Below are positions 10,950 to 20,156 of a DNA stretch of 64,000 nt, piece by piece. Below the pieces are notes generated by a model. The model was not told the origin of the DNA, did not search any database, and was given only the letters and a program-made list of their open reading frames with translations. How positions within the stretch are numbered: the first letter of the stretch is position 1; the number at the start of each line of letters is the position of its first letter. A program made the position numbers and the translations under genes. The stretch is from an uncultured Candidatus Bathyarchaeia archaeon (lineage in GTDB: Archaea > Thermoproteota > Bathyarchaeia > 40CM-2-53-6), in assembly GCA_964598845.1 (NCBI GenBank), contig CAZRDM010000006.1, positions 38,049 to 102,048 on the forward strand, written 5' to 3'.

Positions 10950-11107
10950 TCCTAGCGTAACTCCAACGATAAGAAAAACAGGAAAAAAAGGGCGGCCGCC
11001 GATAAGTTTGCGACTTCCAGTACCTTCTCCGACCGATTATGAACAGAGCGATGGGGGAATCCCCGATAGATAAACGAACCTTCTTTCAGAGACTGTGTTC
11101 AAGAGAT

Positions 11108-11290
11108 TCAGTAGTGGAGATTGCAGGTTTCGCAATAGAACCTGTTATAGTAAGGTATCTCAGTGAGTTGCGTGCCACATTCCGAGCAAACGTACAGGAA
11201 GCTTCCACTCTCGGCCACTGGCATTAGGACGACAACCTCTTCTTCAGCCGGTTCCTCCGTGACCTGTTCCCCGCCAATATCTTCAGACAA
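11108..11290 (-). CDS. small acidic zinc-ribbon protein
   Basis: 60 aa with CSECG ... CETC pairs. Confidence 0.3.
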   Translation of the reverse strand: MSEDIGGEQVTEEPAEEEVVVLMPVAESGSFLYVCSECGTQLTEIPYYNRFYCETCNLHY

Positions 11291-11483
11291 GATAGGACAC
11301 TCGAACTTCCGTTAGCCACCCGGTTACTTCATAAGCATTTCGTGACCGGGAACCACAGAACGGTTCCTCCCGTGTAAACGAAGAACGCAAGTTTTCGGTT
11401 CTCTTATTCGGACTTCTCCAGAAATCTTCTTTACAGAATCTTGCTGCTTATACCGGCTGTCTCTCGCTAGACCGATCTCTTCT

Positions 11484-11562
11484 GGGGGCGTGGTCTAGCA
11501 TGGTCTAAGATTCTCGGCTTGGGCCCGAGAGGTCGCTGGTTCAAATCCGGCCGCCCCCACCA
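11484..11562 (+). tRNA. tRNA-Pro (anticodon UGG), intron-less, CCA encoded
   Basis: manual fold: acceptor GGGGGCG/CGCCCCC, D-stem GUCU/AGAU, anticodon stem CUCGG/CCGAG with loop CUUGGGC (UGG, G37), T-arm GCUGG-UUCAAAU-CCGGC, discriminator A, then CCA. Confidence 0.85.
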
Positions 11563-11614
11563 GTCATACCTGCTTGCAGTTTGAGTCTTTATTAGCGGCT
11601 AGATTCAAATTGGA

Positions 11615-13273
11615 TTGGCAATGACCTCGCAACTGCGTCTCTTGCTTTCGGTTTTCGTTTCGGGCGCAGTGGTGATGGCACTTGAGCTCCTAGGCAGCAG
11701 ACTCCTCGCCCCAGTCTTCGGCAACTCAATCTTCGTCTGGGGTAGCCTCATAGGCGTAGTATTGTCAGCCCTAAGCGCCGGCTACTACCTAGGAGGAAAG
11801 CTCGCAGATCGAAAGCCAGACCTCCAGGTCCTATCAACGGTTATTTTCTCGGCGGGAATCGTGGTTCTTGGCATGCCTGCTCTGGCTCCTCCCGTTTTCG
11901 ATTCAGTGATCCGACTTAACATCGGCGAAAGGTATTCCCCCCTATTGGCCACTATAGCGCTACTTGGACCACCAAGCTTGCTCTTGGGCATGGTTTCCCC
12001 TTTCGCTATTCGGCTCGCGGCGAAAAGTTTCGAGAAGCTTGGCAAGGCATCAGGGAACCTGTACGCGCTCTCAACGTTAGGCAGTATCGTAGGCACTTTC
12101 GTCACTGTATTCGTTCTGATTCCGGAGTTTGGGGTTAACAAGATCATTGTCGCGCTGGGCATGACACTGTTAGTCGTTGCATTCCTAGGGCTGGGCCATC
12201 GAATGAAAGTTTTCGTTCTGCTCGTGCTCGCAGTTGTTCCGTTCGTAGCGCCCTATATGGTTAATCATAGATTGACGGTAGCGGCCTACACGTTGGCGCT
12301 AGGCGACACGATCTACGAAACTGACACCCCCTACCATCATCTCGTGGTCGCCGACTCCTATGACCCAGCGCGTCAAGCGTACATTCGAATCCTCATCTTG
12401 GACGACAATTTCCATAGCGCTATGGACCTGCAAGACCCGGCTAGAACCGTCTTCACTTACACGGACTACTTTCACCTAGGATTCTTGCTAAATTCAAACA
12501 TCACCCGCGTCTTGTTCATCGGAGGCGGAGGATTCACTGGCCCCAAGATGTTCTTGAAGGACTATCCCACCGTGATGGTGGACGTTTCAGAGATAGACCC
12601 AGAAGTCACAAGGGTTGCTGAACAGTATTTCGCGCTCGAGCTCGGCGACCCCAGACTGCACATCTACACTGAAGATGGACGCACATTCCTCCACAAAACC
12701 AGTCAGAAGTATGACTTAGTAATCCTCGACGCCTACTCAAAGAGCTACGTCCCATTCCACCTCATGACCCTCGAGTTCTTCAAGGAGGTGGCAAGTCACT
12801 TGACCGCGCAGGGTAGCGTAGTCTCGAATATTATAGCTAGCGTATCTGGGCAGGGATCGCAACTTCTTCTTGCCCAGATTAACACCATGCGTGCCTCATT
12901 TCCGAACGTCTACACCTTCGCTGTGAGAGGTCCGGGATACCCTGACGTTCAGAATGTCATCATCCTAGCAACCCTCATGTCGAACACTTTTTCCAAATCG
13001 GACCTGGAACAGCTGGCCGAAAATGCAAAGGTTGTTCGGATTCAAACCTTCAAGGACTACGTCGCGAATTATTTTGAGGCAGACGTAAGCAAGGCTCCAA
13101 TCCTCACAGACAATTTTGCACCTGTTGACACGTTACTTAACCCAATAACTGGACAACCTATTTCTCTGAGCGAGCAGGAGACAGTGCTTATTCAAGAAGC
13201 GCAAAGAGTTGCAGCAGTCATTCTGGTCGCTGCTTCTATCTTCATTTTTCTGACAAGGAAGAAGATCATCTAA
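11615..13273 (+). CDS. spermidine synthase-like aminopropyltransferase fused to an N-terminal multi-TM domain
   Basis: 552 aa; the N-terminal about 230 aa are polytopic membrane. The C-terminus has the PABS/methyltransferase fold motifs VLFIGGGGFTG ... DLVILDAYS, plus a final TM helix. Confidence 0.7.
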   Translation: MAMTSQLRLLLSVFVSGAVVMALELLGSRLLAPVFGNSIFVWGSLIGVVLSALSAGYYLGGKLADRKPDLQVLSTVIFSAGIVVLGMPALAPPVFDSVIRLNIGERYSPLLATIALLGPPSLLLGMVSPFAIRLAAKSFEKLGKASGNLYALSTLGSIVGTFVTVFVLIPEFGVNKIIVALGMTLLVVAFLGLGHRMKVFVLLVLAVVPFVAPYMVNHRLTVAAYTLALGDTIYETDTPYHHLVVADSYDPARQAYIRILILDDNFHSAMDLQDPARTVFTYTDYFHLGFLLNSNITRVLFIGGGGFTGPKMFLKDYPTVMVDVSEIDPEVTRVAEQYFALELGDPRLHIYTEDGRTFLHKTSQKYDLVILDAYSKSYVPFHLMTLEFFKEVASHLTAQGSVVSNIIASVSGQGSQLLLAQINTMRASFPNVYTFAVRGPGYPDVQNVIILATLMSNTFSKSDLEQLAENAKVVRIQTFKDYVANYFEADVSKAPILTDNFAPVDTLLNPITGQPISLSEQETVLIQEAQRVAAVILVAASIFIFLTRKKII

Positions 13274-13382
13274 GGGTTGGGAGAGACCGAATAACTGCAA
13301 GAGAAAGGATTGGCTTATCTTCGCTAACCGCTAATGAACTATTGACTGATACAGCAACCAACTTGCACGTGGGACAATCAGA

Positions 13383-13487
13383 ATGCCAATCCTCTCCTAC
13401 GAATCGTTGGTCATAGTCGTGATCGTCGCGTTGATTGCTTACGCCGTGTGGCGAGTTATCAACAAGAGGAGAAGATTTACTCCTTGA
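13383..13487 (+). CDS. possible 34 aa single-TM micro-protein
   Basis: ATG ORF MPILSYESLVIVVIVALIAYAVWRVINKRRRFTP; a hydrophobic helix followed by a basic tail. Below the 60 aa ORF-track cutoff. Confidence 0.2.
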   Translation: MPILSYESLVIVVIVALIAYAVWRVINKRRRFTP

Positions 13488-13695
13488 AACCAATCGCTGA
13501 AATCCATTCCTTAAGAGGTCTCAATAGAGAGGGGGACGCCGGTAGGAATGTGAGAGGGGAAAACGCCGGATCAGTTCTCTGGACCCCCGAGTCGAAACCT
13601 GCAATCTCTTACCCTTCGAGAGGCTTCCGTGAGTAACATGTATAACTCAGCGCTCAGGGGACGTGCTGGAGTACAAGGTTCAAAGCGGGTCGTTA

Positions 13696-13830
13696 GTGCT
13701 TTCTAAGCCAAAGAAGGTCGAAAATCCAACGAAAAGACTGTTCGGAATCGCCAGCGGCATCTCAGGTGACCTGTCCGGCGACGAACTCTTTCTTGAAGAG
13801 GCAGGCGCAAAGTTGCGTAGGTCGAAGTGA
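13696..13830 (+). CDS. VapB-like antitoxin (small AbrB/MazE-like swapped-hairpin protein), GTG start
   Basis: 44 aa ORF whose stop overlaps the GTG start of the downstream PIN gene (GTGA overlap), the classic TA operon arrangement. Not in the ORF track because shorter than 60 aa. Confidence 0.45.
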   Translation: MLSKPKKVENPTKRLFGIASGISGDLSGDELFLEEAGAKLRRSK

Positions 13831-14290
13831 ATTTTCTCGATTCAACGATTTTCATTAACTGGTTCAGGGCAACGAAACGGGACCTTTTCAAACCGGAAGT
13901 CGCTGCGTCGGGTTTCATCCTCCACAGGATAGAGAACGGTGAAGCAACGCTAACATCGACTATCGTCAAGGACGAGGCGGCTCTATGGCTCTCCAGATAC
14001 AAACGATCAAGACTTGCCGATTTTTGGACAGCATCCAATCGTACACAAGCCTAGCAATCGAGCCCCCGACCATGGAGGATCAACTGGAAGCGGAACACCA
14101 CCTAGGCACGTATCCGCTCGGCTACTTAGATTGCATTAACCTCACGATGATGATGAGAGCTCACATAACCACGATCTACAGTTCAGACAGAGGATTCGAC
14201 GCCGTTCCCGGAGTCCGTCGACTCCTCCAAGACCTCACGAAAGACACTAAGTCTGCCAGTTTCCAAAAATGGACACGTCAAAGCCTGTGA
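13827..14290 (+). pseudogene. VapC PIN-domain toxin, disrupted by a frameshift
   Basis: the N-terminal PIN motif (FLDSTIFINW) in frame 1 ends at 14054. The C-terminal PIN half (DCINL..SSDRGFDAV) continues in another frame from about 13985. This is either a genuine frameshift or a sequencing error. Confidence 0.55.
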
Positions 14291-14670
14291 GAGGGAGCGC
14301 TAGCTAACGATCAGGCGATCGCTTCGACAGATGCAGCCAAGACCTTGGATCGCGTAACCATAGAAACATCCGGACGTGTCTCAGAGCAGGAGAGGAAACA
14401 TATCACACATATACCTTAAATATCGAGTAGCAGTTTCCCACATATTTTTCACACTTACGTCTAGCTCTCCGCTTTAGCGCGCGTTTCATGTTAGCCACGG
14501 GCGAGGGCTTGGGAGCATGATGCGGACGAGTCTAACCAACCGAGGATTCCGTTCTAGCACAGAATCAAGAAAGCGGTTTTCATGGCGTCATACAGCGGTA
14601 GCGCCGGTTCAAATACAACTGCTCGCACCACGGATGACACACAAATAGTAATCTTGGGCAGTTTCGGGTT

Positions 14671-15870
14671 ATGGAGAGCAGCCCAAGTTCCTCCGAAGCC
14701 TCCCGTCGAAAGTTGTTCCTGCCGACATTAGTTGTGGCTAGTTTTGCTTCTGGTCCGATAGCGGTCTTCGCAGCTCTCCTTCTTATCGATATAGGGAACA
14801 CATTCAATACTTCAGTCGGTGTTACGGGGCAAGTCAATACGGCATATTCTATTGCTGCATTCGTTCTTGCGTTGCTGATGGGTGTTCTGAGCGTCAGATT
14901 CAGTCACAAGTCACTACTCCTCGTCGGGGTGCTGCTGATGACTGTCTCTGCTTTGGGTTGCCTTCTAGCTCAAGACTTCACGCCGTTGCTTGTGTTCTAT
15001 TCGCTGAGCGGAGCAGGGTATGCGATAGTCAATCCGATGACATTCACTCTAGTCGGGGAGCATTTTCCTTTGGAGAAAAGACCGAGGGCAATAGGATGGA
15101 TCGTTGCCGGGGGAGCACTAGCCTACGTCATAGGGGCACCAATAATTGCCCTGATGTCAGGATTCGGAGGCTGGCGTTTTCCGCTTCTAGGTTTTGTCCT
15201 GCCAATTCTTCTCACAAGCCTTCTGACCGCTTTTGTCGGTCTTCCATCGGCTTCCGGGAGCCCGGCGACCTCGTCGGATACGAAAGCTCATCTGAGTTTC
15301 AAAGAGATCATCACGAACAGATCCGCTGTTGCCTGTTTGATCGGTGACACTCTTCGTTCCGCAGCTTTTGTTGCAATTCTACTTTACTCAATGTCATTCT
15401 TTAGGCAACGATTCTTGATGCCTATGGAACTTGCCTCGCTCGTACTGTTAGGAGCAGCATTATCCTATGCCCTAGGTAGCTTGAGTACGGGTCGGCTTGT
15501 GAATAGGATCGGAAGAAAGCCTTCAACAGTTCTTGCTGCTCTGTTGTCAGGAATACTCACTGTCTCATTTGTTCTTGTGCCCAATGTTTCGCTTTCCATC
15601 CTCTCGATGTTGTTAGGAAGTTGGTTCTTCGGTATGGTTGCTTCGTCAGCTAACAGCTTGACTCTTGAACAGATACCAAGGCTCAGGGGTACAATGATGT
15701 CGATGGACACTGCGGTCCTCAACATCGGTTCCGCCCTTGGAACTATGGCTGGAGGACTATCGTTGCTCTCCTTTGGCTACGAAGGCATGGGAAGCGGTCT
15801 TGGAACCCTAGGTATTGCTGCAGCGATGGTTTTCTTTCTGCTAGCAAAAGATCCGACTAGGCCAAGATAG
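14671..15870 (+). CDS. MFS transporter
   Basis: 399 aa with 12 predicted TM helices in a 6+6 arrangement and an MFS-like loop R/K motif between TM2 and TM3. Confidence 0.75.
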   Translation: MESSPSSSEASRRKLFLPTLVVASFASGPIAVFAALLLIDIGNTFNTSVGVTGQVNTAYSIAAFVLALLMGVLSVRFSHKSLLLVGVLLMTVSALGCLLAQDFTPLLVFYSLSGAGYAIVNPMTFTLVGEHFPLEKRPRAIGWIVAGGALAYVIGAPIIALMSGFGGWRFPLLGFVLPILLTSLLTAFVGLPSASGSPATSSDTKAHLSFKEIITNRSAVACLIGDTLRSAAFVAILLYSMSFFRQRFLMPMELASLVLLGAALSYALGSLSTGRLVNRIGRKPSTVLAALLSGILTVSFVLVPNVSLSILSMLLGSWFFGMVASSANSLTLEQIPRLRGTMMSMDTAVLNIGSALGTMAGGLSLLSFGYEGMGSGLGTLGIAAAMVFFLLAKDPTRPR

Positions 15871-16081
15871 TGCTCAGGTCGAGAATTCACAGAGCTTGAT
15901 TGAGCTCAAGGATCATCGCGCTAGGAAAGTATGGACGATTGGTCCGGCAGAGCATAGATCGAGCCCCTTACCTTGCAAAGCTGAACTGGATTTGGAGACC
16001 TTAGATTTCAAGGAGCAGTTTCCCACATATTCGACACACGCGTATCTCTCCGCTCCAGTGCCGAGGCCCAACCTTGCTCTG

Positions 16082-16537
16082 CTACCAAAGGGGCGCAGCA
16101 TACGGTCCCAGCACTCTGAAACTCACGATCAACAGTAGTAAGGCTACCAGACCTACGAAAGCGCCCTTCTTCGCCCATCTGGTCTTGACCAAGTAAACAG
16201 CAGTTACAGTCATCACTAAATGCTGGCCCTGCATGAGAAAAGCAAGCTGAAGGTCAAGCCATCCCCACCAGAATACGAAGAGACCAAGGAAGCCAAACCA
16301 CAGTAGAAGAGGCACCATTGAACTGCTGAGGACTCGCATTTCCTTCCCGAAGACGAGTACCACGGCAGTTGAGATGCTGATTGGTGTACAAGTATTCCAA
16401 ACGAACACCGACAGCAGGGTGGCTTTCTTCAAGACGAGGAATGTGGAGATGTTGTTGATTGAATAGAGTAAGAGGACAATCGCTAGAATCAGAGGGAGGC
16501 TCTGCATGAGTCGCTGTTTCGATAGGAAACTGTTCAC
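16082..16537 (-). CDS. integral membrane protein, unknown function
   Basis: 151 aa with 4 TM helices. Confidence 0.4.
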   Translation of the reverse strand: MNSFLSKQRLMQSLPLILAIVLLLYSINNISTFLVLKKATLLSVFVWNTCTPISISTAVVLVFGKEMRVLSSSMVPLLLWFGFLGLFVFWWGWLDLQLAFLMQGQHLVMTVTAVYLVKTRWAKKGAFVGLVALLLLIVSFRVLGPYAAPLW

Positions 16538-16614
16538 GATCCTGTTCAGTACTGTTTCAATGTGACGATGCAGAAACCTCTCGTCTTCTAATTGCCTGAG
16601 ACGTTATTGATCAC

Positions 16615-17028
16615 TCACGGCTTCGATTTGTGTTTCTTCAAGTGTTCTTCAAGTAGCTCGCGATAGGTCTCACAGAACTTGCCGCAGACTTTACATTGGA
16701 ACGACTCGATCACAAAGATGTTCCCGTCAGGGTCAACGAAAGTAGCGGCGCGACCTCCCCAGTGCTGATCTTTTGGCTCGCTTAGAAATTTGACTCCTTT
16801 GTCCTTAAGATCTCCGTAGGCTTTGTCAACGTCGTCAACGAGCAGGCAAATCTCAGGTCTCTGTCTTGGCTGTAAGCCGAGCTCTACTCCGGCGATGTCA
16901 AAGATTGCATAAGTGGGCCACTCGCCCATTTTCTCAAGACCTAGAATCTGCTCGTAGAAGGACACTGCCTTTTTCATGTCAGATGCGCCGAGGGTGATGT
17001 GCGGTATCCTTTTGACATGACCGGTCAT
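16615..17028 (-). CDS. VOC/glyoxalase-family protein with C-terminal C2H2-like zinc-finger tail
   Basis: glyoxalase/bleomycin-resistance fold motifs (HITLGASDMKKAVSFYEQILG, DPDGNIFVIE) followed by CKVCGKFCETYRELLEEHLKKHK. Confidence 0.65.
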   Translation of the reverse strand: MTGHVKRIPHITLGASDMKKAVSFYEQILGLEKMGEWPTYAIFDIAGVELGLQPRQRPEICLLVDDVDKAYGDLKDKGVKFLSEPKDQHWGGRAATFVDPDGNIFVIESFQCKVCGKFCETYRELLEEHLKKHKSKP

Positions 17029-17481
17029 TACAGTGTGGCTCCTTCATATTCGTGTGGATATTGGACAATCGTGCTGCTATTCAGCATTTCGACCTGAATT
17101 CATCACGATGTTCGGAGGACAGCTACAGCCAGCTCTCCACTCACACGATTCCTCTCTTTCCTCAACTGGCTCCACTGTATGAACCGCGTCCGCTAGGTGT
17201 GGACCCAACAACACAACGAAAGTAGCCTAGTCAGCACCAAGGACGCAACGAAAGTCGAGAGTTAATCAATTTCGCGCCCTACGTTCCAGAGTTCTGTGAT
17301 TCCTTGAACATTAGCGCTTGCCTGAACTAGTGTAATCGAGAGAGTTGCAGAGTCCGATCAGAGGTTTGGAGCCTCGGGCTATTTCCTGTGAGGCGTCTGA
17401 GCCCGTATCCGACGATTCCCTAGTAGAATCGGGTTTCAGTCGGGTTAGCGGGTTAAGAGCCTCAGCGATGAAACTCGAAAC

Positions 17482-17793
17482 ATGGGTCGCCCTTACGGTT
17501 CAAGAGACAGCCTCTTGGAATTGATGATTGACGGCAAGCCGAGAAGCAGTAGGGATGTGGCTGAACAGCTGCATCTCACTGCTCGTGCGGCTGAGTCTGT
17601 CTGCTATCGCTGTTGGAAGGCAGGGCTGCTGCTCAGGACACCGATGCCGCTTCGCGAGAGACACAGCGAATTCGCTGGCAGAGCAGGCCACCGATACAAC
17701 ACTCGCTCATACCACCTCTTCCTTCTCAAAAGTGGTTCTGATGAGAAACAAGTGGAGAGCCTGAGATTCCTCTCGTTCTCCAAAACGCCGTGA
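17482..17793 (+). CDS. small winged-helix DNA-binding protein
   Basis: 103 aa; an HTH-like segment (SSRDVAEQLHLTARAAESVCYRCWKAGLL) followed by a basic wing. Confidence 0.35.
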   Translation: MGRPYGSRDSLLELMIDGKPRSSRDVAEQLHLTARAAESVCYRCWKAGLLLRTPMPLRERHSEFAGRAGHRYNTRSYHLFLLKSGSDEKQVESLRFLSFSKTP

Positions 17794-17919
17794 AAAAAAA
17801 CATCGTGAAGACGAACAAGTCTCAGCTGATACTCAATCTGCTGAGAGAAACCTGACAGGGCCTTCTACACTAGCGAGATCGCAAAGCTGCTGAAGGACAA
17901 AGGCATAACGATCCGCGAT

Positions 17920-19104
17920 GTGGCAACAGACCTGCGCAGGTACGAGAGACGAGGCCAAGTATTCTTCCGCGGCTACAGAACAGCCGAGCATGAAACGCCA
18001 TTTGCAGCAGGATTCATCGTAACCTATCTAGATCCGTCAATATTTCGCAGCCAAGCAATCGCAGAAGCCCTCCAACGAACTGACTCATTGCTCGCAGGCG
18101 GTTCACACATTAATCCCTTGGCCGAAAGAATCCGTGTCATTCGGGACGAGATTCTCAAGGCTAAGGAGCTCAAGGAGATCGTCAGCCTCAGCTTTCTGAA
18201 GCAGAAGCTTCGGTGCAACGAGGATCAGATTCGACTTGCACTTGACAGAGCAATGCAACTATACAGAGACGAGATTAAGGAATTGAAGATCTTCAGCTTC
18301 CCCTACTGCTATCACTCAGAATTAAGCGAGAACGATCTCAGAATCGCTATTGAGGACAAGAGAGACTACATCAGGAGAGTCAAAGGCAAAGACAACCGCG
18401 TGGGCCATAACTGGGAGGCCTGCGTCGAGTTCTTCGTCGACAAGCTCACAAAGGGAGTAGAGTTCCTCGAACAAACGCACCGAACAAGAATGGACAAGCG
18501 CCGGATCACCCTGAAGCTCCTCAGGCCAATAGGTGAGAGAAAGCTGTTCGCTGAGGTTGATAGGGTTTGGACAGTACAGCCTAGCCCAATCAGCCAATCC
18601 ATCACGTACGTTCTGGAATGCAAATGGGGGCTGGTGAGAAGGAGGGACCTAGAGGGCTTTCTGAACGTCCTAAAATGGAGCTACGACTTCGGCGTTGACA
18701 CATCAGAAGGCAGAACAATCAAACAAGGCGTTATCGGCATCTTCGCAGGAACAGCCTTCAACCCCGAGGAAAAGATCGCCGTAGGAAACGAGTCGATATC
18801 TATAGCCCAGTACGCTGCCAGAATGAACATTCAACTCTTGAAGACTGCTGACCTGAACGAGATGTTCCACAACCGCGGAGTCGAAAAGCCGGCGACCGTA
18901 CAGAAAGTCTGCACAAGGGCACGAAATGAGGCTGAAGTCAGAGATGTTCTGGACAAGATTTGGAACGAACCGAAAGACGCCCAAAAAGTGATTGACGGGC
19001 TGGTCACAAAGAATGCAAGTCTATTTGAGTTCGAACATCAGCTGGAAATTACTTCGGCAGAACGCGCTAGTCAGGAAGACCCTATTGCTGTGCGAACCGG
19101 GTAG
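17920..19104 (+). CDS. uncharacterised protein with PD-(D/E)xK nuclease-like core (GTG start)
   Basis: 394 aa; the central region AEVDRVW...YVLECKWG matches the D-x(n)-E-x-K restriction-endonuclease-fold pattern. An HTH-like peptide is encoded in-frame just upstream of the GTG start but lacks a canonical start codon. Confidence 0.4.
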   Translation: MATDLRRYERRGQVFFRGYRTAEHETPFAAGFIVTYLDPSIFRSQAIAEALQRTDSLLAGGSHINPLAERIRVIRDEILKAKELKEIVSLSFLKQKLRCNEDQIRLALDRAMQLYRDEIKELKIFSFPYCYHSELSENDLRIAIEDKRDYIRRVKGKDNRVGHNWEACVEFFVDKLTKGVEFLEQTHRTRMDKRRITLKLLRPIGERKLFAEVDRVWTVQPSPISQSITYVLECKWGLVRRRDLEGFLNVLKWSYDFGVDTSEGRTIKQGVIGIFAGTAFNPEEKIAVGNESISIAQYAARMNIQLLKTADLNEMFHNRGVEKPATVQKVCTRARNEAEVRDVLDKIWNEPKDAQKVIDGLVTKNASLFEFEHQLEITSAERASQEDPIAVRTG

Positions 19105-19725
19105 AAGCATTCTAGAGCTGGGTTTCGAGCCCACTCCTAGAGGTAATATTGAGGGCTGCATTTGACAATTTCAGACGGAACGTTTGTCTCCACTCTCGGA
19201 GCGCTTCACCCATTCGTCGAGTTCGCGCTCTGCGTGCCATTTCCTGTGACGCACCTCTTGCTCGGGATTTCGTGTCCAGAAGTCACAACCTTTCTTGTAG
19301 CAGAAGTGGGTCTGCCGCAGACGCCTTATCACTTTGTCGTCGAGTTTGGTATGTGCGACGCCTGATATGCCACCTATTTCTCCCGATGCATAAGGATCAG
19401 TTGTCACTATCAATCGTAGGGTTACGGGGACTCTTCTCAACTTCTTTGCTTCGTCTGTGACTCTGGACGAGTGGGAAACCTCGACCGCAATCGACTGCAC
19501 GGATGGCGACAATCCATAGGCTGGACATGCGATAGACGGGGGCATATGAGCCGTCTATTGCTACAATCTCAGCTGAACCGTCCCTAAGCGAGAATGGTAT
19601 TGCTTCTATGTGCGTTATCTTCTGTTCCGCTTCTCCTGTTGCATTCTTCCAATGGCCAGAGATGATTGAGAATGCTCTCTTGACATCGTCTTCTATGTCG
19701 CTTAGGTGCAGGACGCCGTTACCCG

Positions 19726-19965
19726 TTGGGCGGCACCTCCGCGATTGAGGTCAAGTCCTCACGCGACGATGTTGTTCGCGGCATTGGGCAGTGCTACGAA
19801 GCGTTGGCTGCGGGTTATAGCAGAGCGGTTCTGGTCACGACGTTTCGAGTTGCTCGGAAGCTGAAGAAACGAGTTTTCCAACGGCGAGGCATAAAGTTGG
19901 TTGGGGTTGACGCGAAAGCCGGAATCCATAGGTATGATTCCGAAGGTTGGCGAATTCTGCGCTAG
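19726..19965 (+). CDS. short Hjc/restriction-endonuclease-like fragment (TTG start), possibly a gene remnant
   Basis: 79 aa beginning GGTSAIEVKSS..GIGQ, resembling the second half of a PD-(D/E)xK core. No upstream catalytic Asp region is in frame. Confidence 0.25.
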   Translation: MGGTSAIEVKSSRDDVVRGIGQCYEALAAGYSRAVLVTTFRVARKLKKRVFQRRGIKLVGVDAKAGIHRYDSEGWRILR

Positions 19966-20156
19966 GAGCCGAGTAATCCGTGATCACGAAATCCGATAAT
20001 GTGGAAAGGGGAAAACCGAGGCGGCCTCGTGAAACAGACATCGGTACACAAGTGGATCATAGTTCCCAGAAGGCGGATCGAAGAGCGGACAGCATGGTAA
20101 GTATGATATAGTAGCAGCCCGCCGTATCGTACTGTCTCGTTTGAGGTCTGAGGAAG

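Noticed and set aside
17794-17801. A8 homopolymer as a possible programmed frameshift site joining 17482-17793 to 17920-19104
   Set aside because: The two ORFs are in the same frame and separated by several stop codons, so a simple -1/+1 slip cannot fuse them. Noted only as a possible sequencing-error hotspot.
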